Origin: a virus
Reading direction: 5' to 3' (one strand)
Virus record (IMG/VR): IMGVR_UViG_3300032159_000001
Length of the DNA stretch: 64,000 bases
Shown one piece after another: positions 8,431-17,613 of this stretch. Within the stretch, counting starts at the first letter, position 1; each line of letters starts with the position of its first letter. The notes beneath the pieces are model-generated. The model saw only the letters and a program-made list of their open reading frames with translations, searched no databases and had not been told where the DNA came from. The position numbers and the translations under genes are program-made.

Positions 8431-10351
8431 GTTCCCGCCGACCGACCACTACCCGCTCGGCCGCGCGTTCGATCGCACCTTCGACTTCTCGAAGGGCATG
8501 ACGGCGATCACCGGCCCGAACGAGAACGGCAAGACCCTCACGCTCGAGATGATCGAGTTCCTGCTGTTCGGCTCGGCCGCGCTGCGCGGCGCTGCCGCCG
8601 ACTACAAGCACCTCAAGGCCTCCGGTCTGATTACCATCCGAGGGCACCGCTACTCGATCTCCCGCACGGTCAAGAACGCGGCGCTGGCGAGTGACCACAA
8701 TGGCGAGACGCTCGCGGTCGGCACCAAGCCGGTGAACGCGCGCATCCTCCAGATCCTCGGCTATGGCCTCGACGTCTTTCGCGTCGCCAACGTCGCCAAC
8801 CAGGGCGACGCCGAGCGGCTCTCGAAGATGAAGCCGACCGAACGCAAGGCGATGGTCGACCGCCTGATCGGCGCCGACGCGATCGAAGAGATCGCCCGTT
8901 GGTGCGGCGAGCAGGCGCTCGGTGTCTCGCGCGAGATCGCCGGCCTGGAGTCGGGCCTGGGCGCTGAGCCGGTGCGCCCTGTGAAGCCGGAGGGCTACCA
9001 GCCGGCGGACGAGCTGCGCAAGGAGATCGCGAACCTGCGCACGATGCGCGAGACCATCGTGCAAGGCGAGGCCTTCCTGGCCAATGAGCCGGTCGTGCCT
9101 GTAGTCGGCCCGGCGCTCACCGAGGTCCCGCTCGCGACGTTGGAGAAGGCCGACCAGATCCTCGGGCTGCGCACCTACGACTTCGACCTTGCCGAGGCCG
9201 AGGCCGGCTACGTCGCCTACGACCAGTGGTGTAGCCGGCAGCGGTTCGTCGAGCGCTACTTCCCCCAACCCACCGTGACGCAGGATCAGGTCGACCAGCA
9301 GAACCGGCGCAACGGCCTTGCGCGTGACCGCCAGCGGCTTCGGCAAAGCCCGGAGATCGTCTGCCCTTGTGGCAAGCCTTTCACGACGGCCGACGCCGAG
9401 ATCGCTCGGATCGAGGCCGAGCTGGCCGGGATCCCGCAGCTCGAAGGCTACGCCCAGCCTGACCTCGACCGGGAGGAAAAAGCGATCCGTACCTGGAGCC
9501 TGGAGTCGGTGCGGGTCGAGTGGGAACGTCTGAAGGATGTTCCTGCTGTCCCCCGTCCGTCTCGCGAGCTGTCCGAGGCGAAGGGCGCCGTCCACGTCTC
9601 CGAGGTCGCTGCTGCGCTGAAAGAGCTGGGGCTCGCTGGCCGGAGTCGTGAGGACGTCCAGGCACTCGCCACGCAGGTTCGCCAGCGGGATGCCCTCCTG
9701 GCCGCTCAGGCCGAGGCACAGGCCCGGTTGACGACCTGGGCGGTGCAGGCCCGTGCGACGCGCGCCGCGCTCTCCCTGGCGCGCCGTGGAGCGCCTCCCG
9801 GCCGCCTCGAGGCGGCAGAGCAGCTCCTTACCGCCGTGAGCGTCTACGACACCCAGCAGGCCGCCTACGAGCGCGCCTTTACGGACTGGGCGCAGGGCCG
9901 TGATCGGCTCACCGATCTCCGGCGCGAGGAGGACAGCTGGCGCCAGGGCAAGATGGCTCTCAACGAGGTGCGCCAGGAGACCAAGACCTACCTCGCGCCT
10001 GCGCTCAGCCGGGTCGCCTCGCACATGCTCTCGCAGATGACGGGTGGTGCCCGCGGCCGGATCGCCGTGGACGAGGACTTCGAGATCCAAGTCGACGGCC
10101 AGCCGCTGAACACCCTGTCGGGATCCGGGAAGGTCTGCGCGAACCTCGCCGTCCGCCTGGGGCTCGGGCGCATTCTGACCAACGGCGTCTTCCCGGTCTT
10201 CATGGGCGACGAGATGGACGCGTCCATGGACGCCGACAGGGCAGGGCACCTCCACGACGCGCTCACTGCGCTCGACGGCAAGCTCCATCAGATCCTGGTC
10301 ATCACCCACAAGACCCCGGTCTGCCCGCGGGTCATCAAGCTGGAGAACTGA
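8402..10351 (+). CDS. Rad50/SbcC-like SMC ATPase
   Basis: Walker A GPNENGKT, coiled coil with central CPCG hook-like motif, LSGSG signature, Walker B MGDE. Confidence 0.9.
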   Translation: MIEQLSFTVRFPPTDHYPLGRAFDRTFDFSKGMTAITGPNENGKTLTLEMIEFLLFGSAALRGAAADYKHLKASGLITIRGHRYSISRTVKNAALASDHNGETLAVGTKPVNARILQILGYGLDVFRVANVANQGDAERLSKMKPTERKAMVDRLIGADAIEEIARWCGEQALGVSREIAGLESGLGAEPVRPVKPEGYQPADELRKEIANLRTMRETIVQGEAFLANEPVVPVVGPALTEVPLATLEKADQILGLRTYDFDLAEAEAGYVAYDQWCSRQRFVERYFPQPTVTQDQVDQQNRRNGLARDRQRLRQSPEIVCPCGKPFTTADAEIARIEAELAGIPQLEGYAQPDLDREEKAIRTWSLESVRVEWERLKDVPAVPRPSRELSEAKGAVHVSEVAAALKELGLAGRSREDVQALATQVRQRDALLAAQAEAQARLTTWAVQARATRAALSLARRGAPPGRLEAAEQLLTAVSVYDTQQAAYERAFTDWAQGRDRLTDLRREEDSWRQGKMALNEVRQETKTYLAPALSRVASHMLSQMTGGARGRIAVDEDFEIQVDGQPLNTLSGSGKVCANLAVRLGLGRILTNGVFPVFMGDEMDASMDADRAGHLHDALTALDGKLHQILVITHKTPVCPRVIKLEN

Positions 10352-10352
10352 C

Positions 10353-10682
10353 GTGGTCGAGCAGCAGCTGCGCAGCCTTGGGCTGCGCCTCCGGGCGCCG
10401 GAGCGCCCACCAGAACTGCCGGACGATGTCCGAACGCCAACCGGGCGCCCGCCGGCCGCGCGGGTGGGGTGGGAAGGCCGCCTGATGGCCCAGAAGCCGG
10501 TGGGCGAGCCCTGGGAGGCCAAGCACCGCGCCGCCGTCAGCCTCGCGCGCCAGCGCTACGACGCCGGCACCCACTACATGGCGACCCACGTCACCAAGGA
10601 CGGGTGGCAGCAGCTCTATTCCTGGCCCCGGCAGACCCCCGCCGCGCCCCAGGCGTACTTCAATCGCCCGGGGGTCGCGTGA
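10353..10682 (+). CDS. Hypothetical protein
   Basis: Fills the gap between SbcC-like and HD genes; real start may be ATG 10485. Confidence 0.5.
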   Translation: MVEQQLRSLGLRLRAPERPPELPDDVRTPTGRPPAARVGWEGRLMAQKPVGEPWEAKHRAAVSLARQRYDAGTHYMATHVTKDGWQQLYSWPRQTPAAPQAYFNRPGVA

Positions 10683-11281
10683 TGATGCACCGGTCTCCCC
10701 CGATCGCCGCGTGCCCGTATCCCGGCCCGCAGGTCTATTTCGGCTCCGGCCGGCGCATCGACGCCTATCACTTCGAGGCCAGCGACCTGCCGCCGCCGCT
10801 GATCGGGCGCGGCCTCGCACGCCTGGCCCGCTTCGGGGGCGCCGGCGAGCGCTCGGTGAGCGTCGCGCAGCACAGCCTGCTCCTCTCCCACGTCGTCGGC
10901 TCGTGCCGACACCGGCAGCGCGCGGCTCTGATGCACGACGTGCCTGAGCTGTGGACCGGCGAGATCCCTCGCCCCATCAAGAACCTCTGCCCGGGCATCC
11001 AGGCGGCCGACGCCTGCTCGATGCACCGGCTCGGTGAGGTCTTCGGCATCCCGTCCTGGGCCTTCGAGGCCATCAAGGACTTCGACAGCCGCATCTCCTA
11101 CGACGAGCGGCTCTTCATGTTCGAGCACCTGGATGCGGCCGACCGCGCGGTCGCCGAGGAGAACAAGCTCGGCATCCACATCGTCCCGGTCACCGACGAC
11201 GTGGCCGCGGCGTCGTGGGTGCGCCGCTTCTACCAACTCTTCAGGGAGGGTTTCACTGATGCCGCGCCCACGGCCAATTAG
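10682..11281 (+). CDS. HD-domain phosphohydrolase (YfbR/YfdR-like 5'-deoxynucleotidase family)
   Basis: LARLARFGG, SVAQHS, ALMHDVPELWTGEIPRPIK. Confidence 0.85.
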   Translation: MMHRSPPIAACPYPGPQVYFGSGRRIDAYHFEASDLPPPLIGRGLARLARFGGAGERSVSVAQHSLLLSHVVGSCRHRQRAALMHDVPELWTGEIPRPIKNLCPGIQAADACSMHRLGEVFGIPSWAFEAIKDFDSRISYDERLFMFEHLDAADRAVAEENKLGIHIVPVTDDVAAASWVRRFYQLFREGFTDAAPTAN

Positions 11282-11318
11282 TCCGCTTTCGCCCGACTAC
11301 TTATAGAAGGATACTTCT

Positions 11319-11843
11319 ATGACTGAAGACTGGATCACGCGAGAACGGCCACCCAAAGCCGTGCCCGAAGCCACTGGTACGGAACGTACCACGCTGGCGC
11401 AGGATGGCGGGATGCTCCGCTTCAATAGCGGCAAGCTGCGCATGTCGCTCGTGCCGGCGAGCCTCGGTCGCTACACCGCCGCCGCCCTCGGCTACGGCGC
11501 AATCAAGTATTCCGCGAACAACTGGCGCCGCGGCGGCAGTTGGACCTCCGGCTACGAGAGCCTTCAAAGGCATCTCGATGCGTGGAGAGAAGGCGAAGAC
11601 ATCGATGACGAAAGCGGTCTTCCTCACCTAGCCCAGATCGCTTTCGGCGTGATGCTTCTAATCGAGTTCTACGACAAGGGAATTGGCACCGATGACCGCT
11701 TCCGATACCAAGGACAGCCTGAAGGATCACTGCAGCCCGGCCGGGTACTCGCATTTCGTGAGCCGCCTCGCCGCGAACAAGCCGGACACGACGTTGGTGC
11801 CGGCGAGGGTGATGCGGGCGGTGCTGACCCGAGCGCTGGCTGA
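11319..11843 (+). CDS. DUF5664 (dATP/dGTP diphosphohydrolase N-terminal-like) protein
   Basis: RFNSGKLRMSLVP, YGAIKYSANNWRRG, RHLDAWREGEDIDDESGLPHLA, DDR. Confidence 0.85.
   Translation: MTEDWITRERPPKAVPEATGTERTTLAQDGGMLRFNSGKLRMSLVPASLGRYTAAALGYGAIKYSANNWRRGGSWTSGYESLQRHLDAWREGEDIDDESGLPHLAQIAFGVMLLIEFYDKGIGTDDRFRYQGQPEGSLQPGRVLAFREPPRREQAGHDVGAGEGDAGGADPSAG
11376..11390. promoter_or_regulatory. Motif A (5' part of the DUF5664 gene)
   Basis: GGTACG-GAA-CGTACC. Confidence 0.65.
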
Positions 11844-12282
11844 CGCCAAGCTGATCGATGACGCCAAGAAGGCCCTGATGTACGGCAAGGACCGGCCAGT
11901 CATCGCCGGCTTTCGGGCCGAGGTCGAGCGCACCCGGGAGCTGCATGCCGGTTCGGACTACTCGCAGGCGGACCTCGAGACCGGCCTCGCTCGCATCCAC
12001 GCCGCCCTCGGCATGCGGACCGAGGCCGACGAGATCCTTCAGCAGGAGCTGGACATCCTCTGTGGCAAGCCCGTGAAGCCGGCCGACCAGGCCGACGAGC
12101 TGGGCGACCTGCTCTGGTACGGCCAACTCTACCTGAACGCGACCGGCTGGTCGCTGCTCGGAGTGGTGCAGCGGAACGTCGCGAAGCTGATCGAGCGCTT
12201 CAAGGGCCTCTCCTACACCACGGAGGGGGCCGTGAACCGGGACAAGTCGGCCGAGGCGCAGGCGCAGGAGGCGGTGTCGTGA
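11692..12282 (+). CDS. MazG-like nucleotide pyrophosphohydrolase
   Basis: IHAALGMRTEADE, DELGDLLWY, RNVAKLIERF; start uncertain (11692 has AAGGGA upstream; alternatives near 11812). Confidence 0.8.
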   Translation: MTASDTKDSLKDHCSPAGYSHFVSRLAANKPDTTLVPARVMRAVLTRALADAKLIDDAKKALMYGKDRPVIAGFRAEVERTRELHAGSDYSQADLETGLARIHAALGMRTEADEILQQELDILCGKPVKPADQADELGDLLWYGQLYLNATGWSLLGVVQRNVAKLIERFKGLSYTTEGAVNRDKSAEAQAQEAVS

Positions 12283-12560
12283 AGCTCTCGAACCAACAGA
12301 GGGTCAAGGAGCTGATCTTCGAGCGTACCCGATTGCGGGAGAGCATCCAGGATGCTCTTTCCGACGAGGACATCAAGATCGAGATCCGGGGCCGCCCGGC
12401 GCAGGGGGTCCTACGAGAGCGCATTCGCGCTGCCCTCACCGAGATGTGGCAGGAGGACCTCCGCGAGAACACCGAGCGCTTGAAATCGCTTGGTGTCGAG
12501 GCGGATGACGGTCCCGTTCACAAGCCGAACAAGACCCGGCTCCCGTCCCTGGACGAGTGA
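12279..12560 (+). CDS. Hypothetical protein
   Basis: GGAGG SD, GTG overlaps the previous stop. Confidence 0.7.
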   Translation: MKLSNQQRVKELIFERTRLRESIQDALSDEDIKIEIRGRPAQGVLRERIRAALTEMWQEDLRENTERLKSLGVEADDGPVHKPNKTRLPSLDE

Positions 12561-12585
12561 GCGAGGCCCCGGTTATCCGTGCGTG

Positions 12586-12894
12586 ATGAACCTCGTCATC
12601 TTCTTCGCGGTGCTGGGCGCTTGGTGGGGTGTCTGCCTCTACACCGAAGGGCAGTCCTGGGCCTTCGGCGGCCTGAGCTGGCTGCTGACGATCCCCGTCT
12701 TCATGATCGCAGGCTTCACGCTCGGACGCCAAGGCCTACCCTCGATCTTGGGGCTCTACGCGGCCGGCTGCGTGCTCAGTGCTTTGGTGCTCCTGCGGGG
12801 CAGGGACACGACCTGGACGCTTCGGGAGGTCCTGATCTGCGCGGCGCCCAACCTGGCGTTCGCGGCGCTGATGGACGGCGCCGTGACAGGTTGA
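12586..12894 (+). CDS. Small multi-pass membrane protein
   Basis: 3-4 hydrophobic segments; start uncertain. Confidence 0.6.
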   Translation: MNLVIFFAVLGAWWGVCLYTEGQSWAFGGLSWLLTIPVFMIAGFTLGRQGLPSILGLYAAGCVLSALVLLRGRDTTWTLREVLICAAPNLAFAALMDGAVTG

Positions 12895-12926
12895 CCCGCG
12901 CCTAGAGGTCGGCGAGGTTGCCGGCC

Positions 12927-13163
12927 ATGAGCGAACAATCTGAACAGCCTGAACAGACCCGCGAGGAGTGGCGAGCTTGGTTCCAACCGCTTTATGACGA
13001 CATCAAGGAGCGGGCGGAGCGCGAAGGTCGGACCCCGGAAGAGGTCGCTCCCGAGGCTGTCACTCACATGATGCTTCATGCGGCGAAACCGATCGCCGTC
13101 GTCCACGGCCTGATCATCCTCGGCATGCTGCCGATCAAGCTGCCGGACGACTTCAAGCGATGA
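12927..13163 (+). CDS. Hypothetical protein
   Basis: GAGG SD; stop overlaps the next ATG. Confidence 0.65.
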   Translation: MSEQSEQPEQTREEWRAWFQPLYDDIKERAEREGRTPEEVAPEAVTHMMLHAAKPIAVVHGLIILGMLPIKLPDDFKR

Positions 13164-13393
13164 GCACCGCCGACGTCATCCCGTTCCGGGGCAGCAAGCC
13201 GCTGCCTGTCCGCCCCGGAGTCGACGCGCATCCGCTGCCCTGGGTCTACAGCAACGGCTTCATCTGGGACGCGAACCGACGCGTCGTCGGCTCGACGGTT
13301 CAGAAGGAGATGGCCGAGTGGATCGTGCGGAGCGTCAACGCCTCACACGGCCACGACACGCCTAGCCCAGAGCCTGGTTCAGGACCGGCTTGA
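13160..13393 (+). CDS. Hypothetical protein
   Basis: ATGA coupling with the previous gene; last + strand gene of the block. Confidence 0.65.
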   Translation: MSTADVIPFRGSKPLPVRPGVDAHPLPWVYSNGFIWDANRRVVGSTVQKEMAEWIVRSVNASHGHDTPSPEPGSGPA

Positions 13394-14603
13394 GAACGCC
13401 GGCGCAGGCGTCCCACCCAGCGTCCTTCAGGTGAAGCCCGTCGCCGCTGTCGAAGATCGACTTGATCGAGGGCGGCGACCCGCCGTCTGAGATCAGGAGG
13501 TCGAAGTCCGCGATCAGCACGCCGTTGTCCCGGAGACCGCGTAGCTGGTTGTTCAGCCACTGCCGGGGTGCATCCTGGAGAGCTGTCCGCCCGTTGATGG
13601 GGAACGAGGTCCAGACGATCGGGATCGCGCCGGCTTCACGGCAGGCCTGCAGTAGCCGAAGGCAGTTCGCCCAGCCGTTGCGGGCCAGATCCATGGTGGT
13701 CGGGGCGTCGTTCGGGCTGAAGGCCGGGAACACGACCACCGAGGGATTGAAACGGCGGATGTCCCCGATCCCGCGATCGACGAACTGCTGCGTCGTCTGG
13801 GCGGAATAGCCCGAGTTGATGTGCGCGACAGGGCGATTGGCCCGGCTCAGCGCCGCCGTCGCGATGTGCAGGAAGTTCTTGCGCCCCGAAGTCGACTGGT
13901 TGCCTTCTGTCTCGCTGTCGCCGATCCCGAGCACGACCTGAACCATCTTGGGGCCGAGAAACTCGACACCCGCGATGTAGCAGCGGATGACCTCGGACAT
14001 CGTAGCGGTCGGGTTCGCGGCCCCCGTCTGGTCGTTACCGCCGTCAAAGAGATCGATGATGCGACCGAGGTTGACGGCCGGATCATCCCAGACATCTTTG
14101 TCGACTTCGTTGTAGAGCGTCGTCGTGCCGGCGATGTAGGTACGAACCTGCAGCAATGGTCGAAAGGCGCCGTCTGCTCGAGGGCGCGACGCGACCTTCA
14201 CCCAGTCCGTCCAGGCCTTGGTATCGTTGGCGGCCGTGCCCGCCGGGATCACCAGCGGAAGCGCGGTGCCCGTCAGCTCGCCGGGCTTGCTGTCCGCGCC
14301 GCCCGCGTTGGCGTAGGCCGGGAGCATCGGCAGGTTGGCGCCGGCCTCGTCCACGCAGGCCAGCGTCGCCATGCTGGCCGAGGCCTGGAGCGTGGTCTTG
14401 TCGATGGTGATCGAGGCACCGGTCTGGTTGGCGTAGAGGACGCGCGCCCAGGCGAAATCACTCTCGGCCGCCACCCAGGTCAGCCCGGTGCGGGGGCCGG
14501 TGAAGCCCGAACCACCACGGTTCAGGATGCGCTGGCCGAAGCGGCTGCGTGCAGGGGCGAAGTTGCGGATCTGCCGAGCGGTGATCGGGACGAGCTTGGC
14601 CAT
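13362..14603 (-). CDS. SGNH/GDSL hydrolase family protein
   Basis: Block I GIGDSETEG, block II NSGYSAQTT, block III SPND, block V DGLHL. Confidence 0.85.
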   Translation of the reverse strand: MAKLVPITARQIRNFAPARSRFGQRILNRGGSGFTGPRTGLTWVAAESDFAWARVLYANQTGASITIDKTTLQASASMATLACVDEAGANLPMLPAYANAGGADSKPGELTGTALPLVIPAGTAANDTKAWTDWVKVASRPRADGAFRPLLQVRTYIAGTTTLYNEVDKDVWDDPAVNLGRIIDLFDGGNDQTGAANPTATMSEVIRCYIAGVEFLGPKMVQVVLGIGDSETEGNQSTSGRKNFLHIATAALSRANRPVAHINSGYSAQTTQQFVDRGIGDIRRFNPSVVVFPAFSPNDAPTTMDLARNGWANCLRLLQACREAGAIPIVWTSFPINGRTALQDAPRQWLNNQLRGLRDNGVLIADFDLLISDGGSPPSIKSIFDSGDGLHLKDAGWDACAGVLKPVLNQALG

Positions 14604-14604
14604 C

Positions 14605-15018
14605 TCAGGCTCCGGTCTTGACGATCACCGCGGCGCCGCTCGCCGAGCGCGCGTAGATGTCTCCGAGAGGGAGGCCGGCGGGGAAGTCCTCGCCACCGAG
14701 AATGGCCTCTCCGTAGGGGAGGGAGTTGCTCGGCGCCGGATCGCCGGCCGGGACGGAGACCCACTCGACGTCAAAGACGCTGGCGCTGCCGGGCATGCCG
14801 ATCCGCAGGGCGCGCGTCGACTTGGTGACCGTGGCGACCTTGGTCCAGTTCGGCATGAGGACGTCTGCGTAGACCGTGGTGAGGGCGACCGGGTCGCGCA
14901 GGATGACGACGGCGTCGGCCCAAGAGCCGTCATCCAGGCGAACACCGGCCTGAACACGATCGAGACCCATCCCGGCGCTTCCAGAGAAGAGCCCCTTGTC
15001 GTACTTCGTCAGGCTCAT
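14605..15018 (-). CDS. Hypothetical protein
   Basis: GGAG SD; abuts the SGNH gene. Confidence 0.7.
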   Translation of the reverse strand: MSLTKYDKGLFSGSAGMGLDRVQAGVRLDDGSWADAVVILRDPVALTTVYADVLMPNWTKVATVTKSTRALRIGMPGSASVFDVEWVSVPAGDPAPSNSLPYGEAILGGEDFPAGLPLGDIYARSASGAAVIVKTGA

Positions 15019-15081
15019 CGCTGGCTCCACGAGTAGAGATCCGCCACATATAGCGACGAATGCTGTCGGATTAAGATCGAA

Positions 15082-15594
15082 CTACTTCTTGCCAACGCTG
15101 GCGGATTTGACGCCGATCCGCGCGAAGGTCTCGGGCGGATCTTCTCGCACCGTGTCTTCAGCGAAGCTGAAGTTGAGCGTCCAGCTCTCGGCCTCAGACG
15201 GCTGGATGTAGTCGAGCCACGAGCACCAGCTGTAGGCCTTCGAGTACATGACTGCCGGCCCGAGCGTGGCGGCGGGATCGGTGGGGATGGGAAGCAGGTA
15301 CTTGTCGCCGCCCAAGGGTCCGAAATCCTCCTCGAACGTTTGCTTGACCGGCATCCGTTGTCCGCTCGAGGTACGAATGACGCGCTTGACGACGACGTCG
15401 CACTGGTCCTTTCGATCGGCGTGTTGAGCCAGCATGATCGCCTCACCAGGCTTGACCACCGGAGTGAGGTTCACGCGCTCGATGATCGAGAGAGGATAGC
15501 CCTTGTTCTGGATCTTCGACCCGAGCCAGCCGCCGCAACCACCCACGGTCAAGATGAAGGTGGCGACAGCGAACTTGGTGATCCAGTGCTTCAT
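15082..15594 (-). CDS. Membrane-anchored or secreted protein of the lysis region (possible spanin-like)
   Basis: N-terminal hydrophobic segment KFAVATFILTVGGC; ATGA coupling. Confidence 0.55.
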   Translation of the reverse strand: MKHWITKFAVATFILTVGGCGGWLGSKIQNKGYPLSIIERVNLTPVVKPGEAIMLAQHADRKDQCDVVVKRVIRTSSGQRMPVKQTFEEDFGPLGGDKYLLPIPTDPAATLGPAVMYSKAYSWCSWLDYIQPSEAESWTLNFSFAEDTVREDPPETFARIGVKSASVGKK

Positions 15595-16004
15595 GACTTG
15601 AACACCTTGAGAGCATTTGTGACCCAACCCCAGATCTTCTGAAGTTGATCGCCGGCAACAACGACTGCTGCGAGCCCCGCGAAGAAGGACGCCACCGACC
15701 ATTTCAGCACCCTCCATAGAACCGCGATGACGCTGACAGCTTTGAGTGCAGCGCGAACCCGGGCAAAGTCTTCCGGCTCAAGGCGGACGAGGATATGAAG
15801 GCCGGTCTTCAAATTCTCGACTTGAGCCTCATCCATTCGGTACAGGATCTCTTGAAGATCCATGTGTAGATCCGAGAACTCGATGATGCGGGGTTGATTG
15901 CCCCGGGCATCGAAGGCGCCGTGTGACAGCAGCTCGCTGTCCCGATCACGCTGATGAAGCGGGACATCAGGCATGCTGCCGCGCCGAAAGCGCAGCTGCT
16001 TCAC
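15591..16004 (-). CDS. Membrane protein with C-terminal TM segment, lysis region
   Basis: AGGAG SD; hydrophobic C-terminus. Confidence 0.6.
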   Translation of the reverse strand: MKQLRFRRGSMPDVPLHQRDRDSELLSHGAFDARGNQPRIIEFSDLHMDLQEILYRMDEAQVENLKTGLHILVRLEPEDFARVRAALKAVSVIAVLWRVLKWSVASFFAGLAAVVVAGDQLQKIWGWVTNALKVFKS

Positions 16005-16014
16005 CGGCCTGCTC

Positions 16015-16623
16015 CTACTTCTTGATGACCTTTCCGGGGACCAAGACGGCCGGCGGCGGGCGCTGAACGACCCCAGCGAGCTTCTCCTTGGTCTGCTGCC
16101 AGGCAGTGACGCCGGCCACAGCGCCAGCCGGGATCAGCACGCCCGTAAGGGCGCCGCCGACGCTCACCAGGTGGGTGAGGGCGGTGGGGTCCTTCGTGAC
16201 GATCGTGTTGACCGCGGCGGCCACGCAGCAAAGCCCGTAGCTCAGCGTGACGGCACCGACGCAGTACATGTTGAAGGGCCGCGCCCAGCGCTGGAACCGA
16301 TCGCCCGCCGTGACCTCGGCGCGCAGCGACAGGTTCGCCTGCTCGATCTGAACCTGACGGGTCTTCTCGGCCAGCTCCTCGAGGCGCTCCCGATTATCCT
16401 GCTCGAAGGTGCGCGCTGCTTCCTGCGCACCCGGCTCCTGCAGCTTGGAGGACACGCTCTCAGGCGTCGGGTCCGCACCGATGGCATCGGCCAGCGATCC
16501 GATCAGCTGGCCGGCGAGCGCGCCCGGCAGACCGCCGATGACGGTACCGAGGACCGGTGCGCCGATCTTCATGAGCTGGCCGGCGACCGGCCCCCAATTC
16601 ACCGAAGAGAAGTCGAGGTTCAT
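16015..16623 (-). CDS. Holin-like membrane protein
   Basis: GAPVLGTVIGGLPGALAG N-terminus, two C-terminal TM helices, follows the endolysin. Confidence 0.65.
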   Translation of the reverse strand: MNLDFSSVNWGPVAGQLMKIGAPVLGTVIGGLPGALAGQLIGSLADAIGADPTPESVSSKLQEPGAQEAARTFEQDNRERLEELAEKTRQVQIEQANLSLRAEVTAGDRFQRWARPFNMYCVGAVTLSYGLCCVAAAVNTIVTKDPTALTHLVSVGGALTGVLIPAGAVAGVTAWQQTKEKLAGVVQRPPPAVLVPGKVIKK

Positions 16624-16626
16624 GGC

Positions 16627-17376
16627 TCAGACCTTCAGTGCCTCGGCCTGGAAGGCCTGAGCGCGCTCCCCGTGGGCGCGGATGAAATGGAGGGCGATCA
16701 GCACCGCCACGGCGACGACGGCCACGGCGAGCCCGATCTGCAGCCAGTCGGTGCCCTGCGAGGCGACGGCGCCACCCGTGGCGGTCGTACCGGTCGCAGC
16801 GACGGTGCCCTGCTTGACCTTGGTCTGGGACAGCCCGGCCTCGGCCTGCAGCTGCTTGGCGACGAGCACCGGACTCGCGCCGGCGGCAGCGAGCGCCATC
16901 TTGATCGCGGCGGCCTCGATCTTCGAGACGCGAGCGAGCCAGCCCTTGCCGAACGTCTTGAACGTCGACAGCCCCTGGTAGAAGGCGCGGCGCTTGCCCG
17001 AGATCGCCTTGATGCGGGCGACAGCCTCGATCACGGCCTCGGTGGCCTTGCGAAAGGTGTTCGCCCGCCCGGGGCCGGAGTTCACCGAGACGTCGAAGAT
17101 CGGCAGGTCCACGCCATCGGGCAGGAGCTGACACCCGGCCTGGTCCCAGTAGCGAGACCGATAGATCTCCGCGGCCTGGGCCTTGGTCAGGTTCTTGATG
17201 TCGAGGTCCGGGAAGGAGTTGGCCGCGATGCCGAACTTGGTACCCTTCAGGGTCCCCTTGCCGACCTTGCCCCCGGTCCAGTTGCCCGGATCCTTCGGGT
17301 TCGCCGTGTAGCCGCCTTCGCCCTCGAAGATGTAGGGGAGACAGCGCTCGAGGCGCTCAGCACTGGACGCGGGCAT
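16627..17376 (-). CDS. Endolysin, glycoside hydrolase family 108 with C-terminal TM anchor
   Basis: EGGY..NPKDPGNWTGG, GTKFGI, FDVSVNSGPGRA, FGKGWLARV. Confidence 0.9.
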   Translation of the reverse strand: MPASSAERLERCLPYIFEGEGGYTANPKDPGNWTGGKVGKGTLKGTKFGIAANSFPDLDIKNLTKAQAAEIYRSRYWDQAGCQLLPDGVDLPIFDVSVNSGPGRANTFRKATEAVIEAVARIKAISGKRRAFYQGLSTFKTFGKGWLARVSKIEAAAIKMALAAAGASPVLVAKQLQAEAGLSQTKVKQGTVAATGTTATGGAVASQGTDWLQIGLAVAVVAVAVLIALHFIRAHGERAQAFQAEALKV

Positions 17377-17539
17377 CGAGCTTCTCCGGGGGCGTCTCGC
17401 CGTAGACGGCGCGGTAGTCGTCCCGGATAAACTGAAGAAGATACTCGCTGATCGAGAGCTTCTTCAGCTTCGCCATAGCCGCAACACGCAGTCGATCCGA
17501 CTGCGTGCCGTAGGTCATGATGGCTTTCCCGCGGGGCAT
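17357..17539 (-). CDS. Small ribbon-helix-helix-like DNA-binding protein
   Basis: 60 aa; RVAAMAKLKKLSISEYLLQFI resembles RHH helices. Confidence 0.5.
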   Translation of the reverse strand: MPRGKAIMTYGTQSDRLRVAAMAKLKKLSISEYLLQFIRDDYRAVYGETPPEKLDARVQC

Positions 17540-17613
17540 GCCCAGATATAGGCGCCCCTACTAGCAGCCGATAGACTTCCCCTATCTCTTATGGGAAGAG
17601 TTCTGGCACTGGA

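Noticed and set aside
10682-12282. 2-aminoadenine (Z) genome call
   Set aside because: No PurZ-like gene in the window; the three hydrolase families alone are not diagnostic.
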